NCBI GenBank assembly: GCA_010015805.1
Contig: ML978124.1
Location: 1,674,001-1,738,000, forward strand
Direction: 5' to 3'
From: Rhizodiscina lignyota
Taxonomy: Eukaryota
Length of the DNA stretch: 64,000 nucleotides
The position numbers and the translations under genes were made by a program. Of the stretch, positions 63,105 to 64,000 are shown piece by piece; within the stretch, counting starts at the first letter, position 1; every line of letters begins with the position of its first letter. Under the pieces are notes generated by a model. It did no database searches. It was not told the DNA's origin and saw only the letters and a list, made by a program, of their open reading frames with translations.

Positions 63105-64000
63105 CTTGAATACGTCCAAAAGAATACTCGGTAGATGATCTGCTCAGGTAGTACTTGCACGCGAGGAAGACACAGAGAGTGACGAGTTTGAAGAAAAGGA
63201 ATTGAGCGAATGGCGAACCTACATCTTGCATACCTATGGCATTCTTATACGGATTGATGCTTCATCAACGCCGAAGGAGACATGAAGTTGAGCATGTCAG
63301 ATGCCAAGGCCGTCGCGCTCAGCCACTTGAGGGACAAAATGATAGTGGAATCATTTGAGAGCTGGAGCACAGTCCATTCCACGTTTCCATATTAGCGGAT
63401 GATTCGTCAGCATGCCCAAGGGGAATATGATATTGTCTTCTGGTGCAATCGGGATACCAGAGCAGAGGACCAGCGATCAGAGAAGGCACAAGATGTGCAG
63501 CAAGTTCGATGAAGGACGAGTGGGGTTCCGAATCAAGAGGCGACAGTGACCTCACAATAACTAACGTGCATCCACGTGTGCCGAGCCACCCAGGGTAACG
63601 AGCCAAAAATTGGGTACTTCCACATGAGATCACTCTGAATTTCGCGTGCGCAGTGTATGTGATGCAATTCACCCTGATTCCTGTGGATGGGGCCTCCTAA
63701 AGTCCCGGAACACCTTCTAAGTAAAACTTGAAGCTGACGTTGCCGTCTCCCCGCCTGGTCTGTGAACATGAAGGGCTTCATCTCATCGAAATATAGCCTC
63801 GCATCACCACAGCTCCCATATCGAGCCATCTTCACTTGCGACACGCTAAAAATTGAAGTGTCCGACTCTTTAAACTGATCCCCCCGCTGGGAGACGGTCA
63901 TTAGAGATTGAATCATGCAACTTATCACGCCAAGAGGTACCTCCGACTCAAAACCGATATGATCCTAGTCGGCCTTAAAGCGTCACGCGCACGCTCAAAA

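Noticed and set aside
63319..63928. Minus-strand ORFs at the window end
   Set aside because: There is no recognisable motif or coherent exon structure.
1..64000. CRISPR arrays, rRNA genes and intact transposons
   Set aside because: None were seen; the sequence is intron-rich fungal euchromatin with no repeat-spacer arrays, LTRs, or RT/DDE domains.

Overview
Gene-dense euchromatic window from a filamentous ascomycete (Pezizomycotina, Dothideomycete-like). Introns are short (~50 nt, GT..CTRAC..YAG) and there is no intact transposon or biosynthetic gene cluster. About 32 protein genes, mostly housekeeping: CRM1, shugoshin, Dad2, Ypi1, a tricarboxylate-type mitochondrial carrier, GNAT, YFH7-like kinase, BAR-SH3, Acinus-like SAP protein, Iwr1, sphingolipid delta-4 desaturase, asparagine synthetase, VAP/Scs2, UBX, DUF1761, COQ2, nucleoside hydrolase, a DMM-1-like JmjC protein, ENT, hexose transporter, MYG1, endosulfine, Sfm1, Atx1, two BTB genes and DUF1223, plus several orphans. 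The standout is a tRNA-Thr(CGT) gene at 38592-38723 (-). Its D-arm and Pol III A-box are interrupted by a 51-nt textbook spliceosomal (U2-type) intron (GTAAGT..GACTAAC..CAG), in addition to a canonical 9-nt anticodon-loop intron. Removing both gives an intact 72-nt cloverleaf, so this tRNA appears to need both the spliceosome and the tRNA endonuclease. All gene models and family names come from manual reading and recalled motifs; no database searches were run.
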